Shown here: positions 54,164 through 56,042 of the stretch, in pieces
Layout of the letters: each line of letters begins with the position of its first letter
Numbering within the stretch: the stretch's first letter is position 1
Source of the DNA: a virus
Taxonomy: Duplodnaviria > Caudoviricetes
Reading direction: 5' to 3' (one strand)
Virus record (IMG/VR): IMGVR_UViG_3300033741_000064
Coordinates: 1-56,042 of that record
DNA length: 56,042 nt
Made by a program: the position numbers and the translations under genes
Notes under the pieces: generated by a model
Databases searched by the model: none
What the model saw: only the letters and a program-made list of their open reading frames with translations
What the model was told of the DNA's origin: nothing

Positions 54164-55204
54164 CTACTTCTTGAATGTCATCGTGCGGGATTGTGGCTTG
54201 ACTACCGACTTCGCGAACTTCTCGAAGATCAACGGCTGAGAAGCTTTGAGCGCCTCGACGTCCAGCTCCATCACCGTCTTCGGGAGCGTCTTCGGGAGAT
54301 CCCAAGTGAGCAGTACGTCTGTCGGCTTGCCCTCATCGTCGAGCTTCGTCGTGAGCACCGTCGTCTCGAGCATCGCCAGCTTGATCTCAGCCTTGATCTC
54401 ATCGTCGCGCTTCTTGTCGGCCGACATCTTCGGCTGGAGATCGTTACGCTCAGCAACCAACTCCAACAGGCGCGGGGTCGCCACGAACGGCTTGCCACGC
54501 ATCGCCGGATAGATCCGGTTCACGTCGTCTTTCAGCGTGAGCGGGGGTGGAGTGTCTTCAACGATGTGCCGCTGATACCACTCACCGACCTTCTCGATGA
54601 GGTACTCTTCCGCGAACTGGCGGTCGAACTCCAGCTCGAAGGGATCCGGCATATCGTTGCCGCCGAGCAGGGGAGCAATGTAGCCGATCTCTGCGCCGTC
54701 CAAGCCGTGCATCACGAGTTGCTGCTGCTGATTCTGTGGCTGGTAGTACAGGGGGACACCCTCATCCCAATCTGACTTCACCCACGCGCCGGCAGTCTTG
54801 ATCTCCAACGGTGCAAGGTGATCGCGGTCGAACAGCTCGAGCACACGGTCTGGAGTCGCCAACAGGAACGGATACTTGATCGACTGCAGCACACCCGGCG
54901 AGGGACGCAACTTGCCAATCGGCCGGTGCTCCGGATTCTTCGACGGGTTATGACCGTGGCGGACACTGAAGCGATCCGCGATCACGCGCTCGAGAGCCGT
55001 ACCGAACTCCATCGCCTGAGTCTGTTCCAACGCCGGCGCACGCCCGGTCTTCTTCTCCCAGATGTCGTACGGCGACTGGAACTTACTGAAGTTCAGCACT
55101 GCCGAGATCTCACTCGCGCCGATACCAGCGCTACGAGAGGCCAACATCTTCTTGCGATCCTTGCCGTCATTCAGCACCCGATAGGGCGCACTTGTCTCTG
55201 TCAT
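54164..55204 (-). CDS. YqaJ/RecE-like exonuclease
   Basis: R..GIGASE..S.Y.IW..K.G..G..LE..ATPDR..LEIKT..YY.PQ.Q.Q. Confidence 0.92.
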   Translation of the reverse strand: MTETSAPYRVLNDGKDRKKMLASRSAGIGASEISAVLNFSKFQSPYDIWEKKTGRAPALEQTQAMEFGTALERVIADRFSVRHGHNPSKNPEHRPIGKLRPSPGVLQSIKYPFLLATPDRVLELFDRDHLAPLEIKTAGAWVKSDWDEGVPLYYQPQNQQQQLVMHGLDGAEIGYIAPLLGGNDMPDPFELEFDRQFAEEYLIEKVGEWYQRHIVEDTPPPLTLKDDVNRIYPAMRGKPFVATPRLLELVAERNDLQPKMSADKKRDDEIKAEIKLAMLETTVLTTKLDDEGKPTDVLLTWDLPKTLPKTVMELDVEALKASQPLIFEKFAKSVVKPQSRTMTFKK

Positions 55205-55246
55205 TGTTGCTCCGTTCCTAGATTGATTATGGAGTAATACCTGATT

Positions 55247-55264
55247 GTATCACTCCGGTAGTAC
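55247..55264. promoter_or_regulatory. Operator copy upstream of the recE-recT operon
   Basis: GTATCACTCCGGTAGTAC. Confidence 0.6.
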
Positions 55265-56042
55265 AGGGGGAAGATGTACGCGCTGGATTCTTTCAACCGA
55301 GCGCTCGAGGTTCTCGTGCAGCAGCCTCGCGCGGCTGGACAGCGAGCTAATTTCGCGGAGAATATGCTGCGCGCCGTCGTTGCGCGCTTGGAGACTGAGA
55401 ACCAAAAGAGCGACATCTTCAGCTTTCACGCTCCAGCCAGCGCCGGCCAGATCTTTCTCGCCGGCATGATAGTCGGAAAGACGCTCGATCTCCGCCACAA
55501 CGTCCTTCACTAGCTCTTCCGTGCGCGTCTCTGGCTTCGCTTGCCCGGTCGTCAACTGGATCTCTCTTAGTTCCCGCTGAAGCTCTCTGCGCTCCGTGAA
55601 GTTCCGATCGACCTGATCCTGTAGTCGAGTGAGCTGGAAGAGCTTACTCTCCGTCTCATAGGCATACTTCGCGAACACAGCACCAATGCCGGCAGTCGAG
55701 TTGATCGGAGAGAGCTTAGGAGCCGGACGCACAACGCGAAACGTGCGCCGATTCTTCGCCACCGGGGGAACACACACTCCCCAACGATCCGGCACATCGA
55801 GTCCGTCAATCAGCTTCTCATCTGGGATGACCAACCAGAACCGGGAACAATACTGCTCCCACGCATCCGCCTTCGTCGTGTCGCGCAGCTCAGCGAGGAC
55901 ATCCTGCCGAGTCACCTTCGTTTCGTAGCCGATGATCGTGCCGCGCGATGCCGAATTGAACGGGAGCCACAAAGCGTCTGCTCGCCGTAACGACGAGCCT
56001 GGCGCTTGGATCTCCGAGACGAAGTGACCAGCCAACGGCTTT
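55250..56042 (-). CDS. MmcB-like PD-(D/E)XK nuclease with coiled coil (true start at 189, across the junction)
   Basis: RRADAL..GYETKVTRQD...EL....KA..W..YC.RFWLV. Confidence 0.8.
   Translation of the reverse strand, partial: KPLAGHFVSEIQAPGSSLRRADALWLPFNSASRGTIIGYETKVTRQDVLAELRDTTKADAWEQYCSRFWLVIPDEKLIDGLDVPDRWGVCVPPVAKNRRTFRVVRPAPKLSPINSTAGIGAVFAKYAYETESKLFQLTRLQDQVDRNFTERRELQRELREIQLTTGQAKPETRTEELVKDVVAEIERLSDYHAGEKDLAGAGWSVKAEDVALLVLSLQARNDGAQHILREISSLSSRARLLHENLERSVERIQRVHLPPVLPE

Noticed and set aside
1-56042. Integrase, transposase, DNA polymerase, CRISPR array, rRNA or further canonical tRNAs
   Set aside because: No supporting motifs recognised by eye; an HMM or tRNA scan could still reveal divergent cases

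Overview
This window is an apparently complete, circularly assembled ~55.9-kb tailed-phage (siphovirus-type) genome. Bases 1-126 repeat at 55916-56041, and one gene runs through that junction. It is GC-rich with essentially all genes on the minus strand. An actinobacterial host, possibly Microbacteriaceae, is inferred from WhiB, SigA-type and leaderless promoters, an LPYTG sortase substrate and the endolysin layout. Modules: RecE/RecT/HNH/RuvC/MmcB recombination genes, a small HTH replication protein beside DnaA boxes, TerS/TerL/portal/MuF/protease/scaffold/capsid, a long non-contractile tail with a GGGAAAA frameshift, a lysis cassette, and many small early genes behind a repeated operator-bearing promoter. 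I recognised no integrase, DNA polymerase or CRISPR array. The top candidate for a new system is an operon at 42457-44735: a promoter, then a 72-nt non-canonical tRNA-Gly(UCC)-like RNA that looks unfit for translation, then an adenine-MTase-like/GNAT-like fusion, then a ParB-like gene. This suggests a phage-supplied glycyl donor for Mom-like DNA hypermodification. Other highlights are a MuF-RelA/SpoT (toxSAS-like) virion fusion with a candidate immunity gene, a SAH plus a pseudo-SAH and a MazG-like gene, a 2H-phosphoesterase (Acb1-like)/prohead-protease fusion, and late promoters carrying a WhiA-like GACAC box. All family calls come from motif recognition by eye; no database searches were run.
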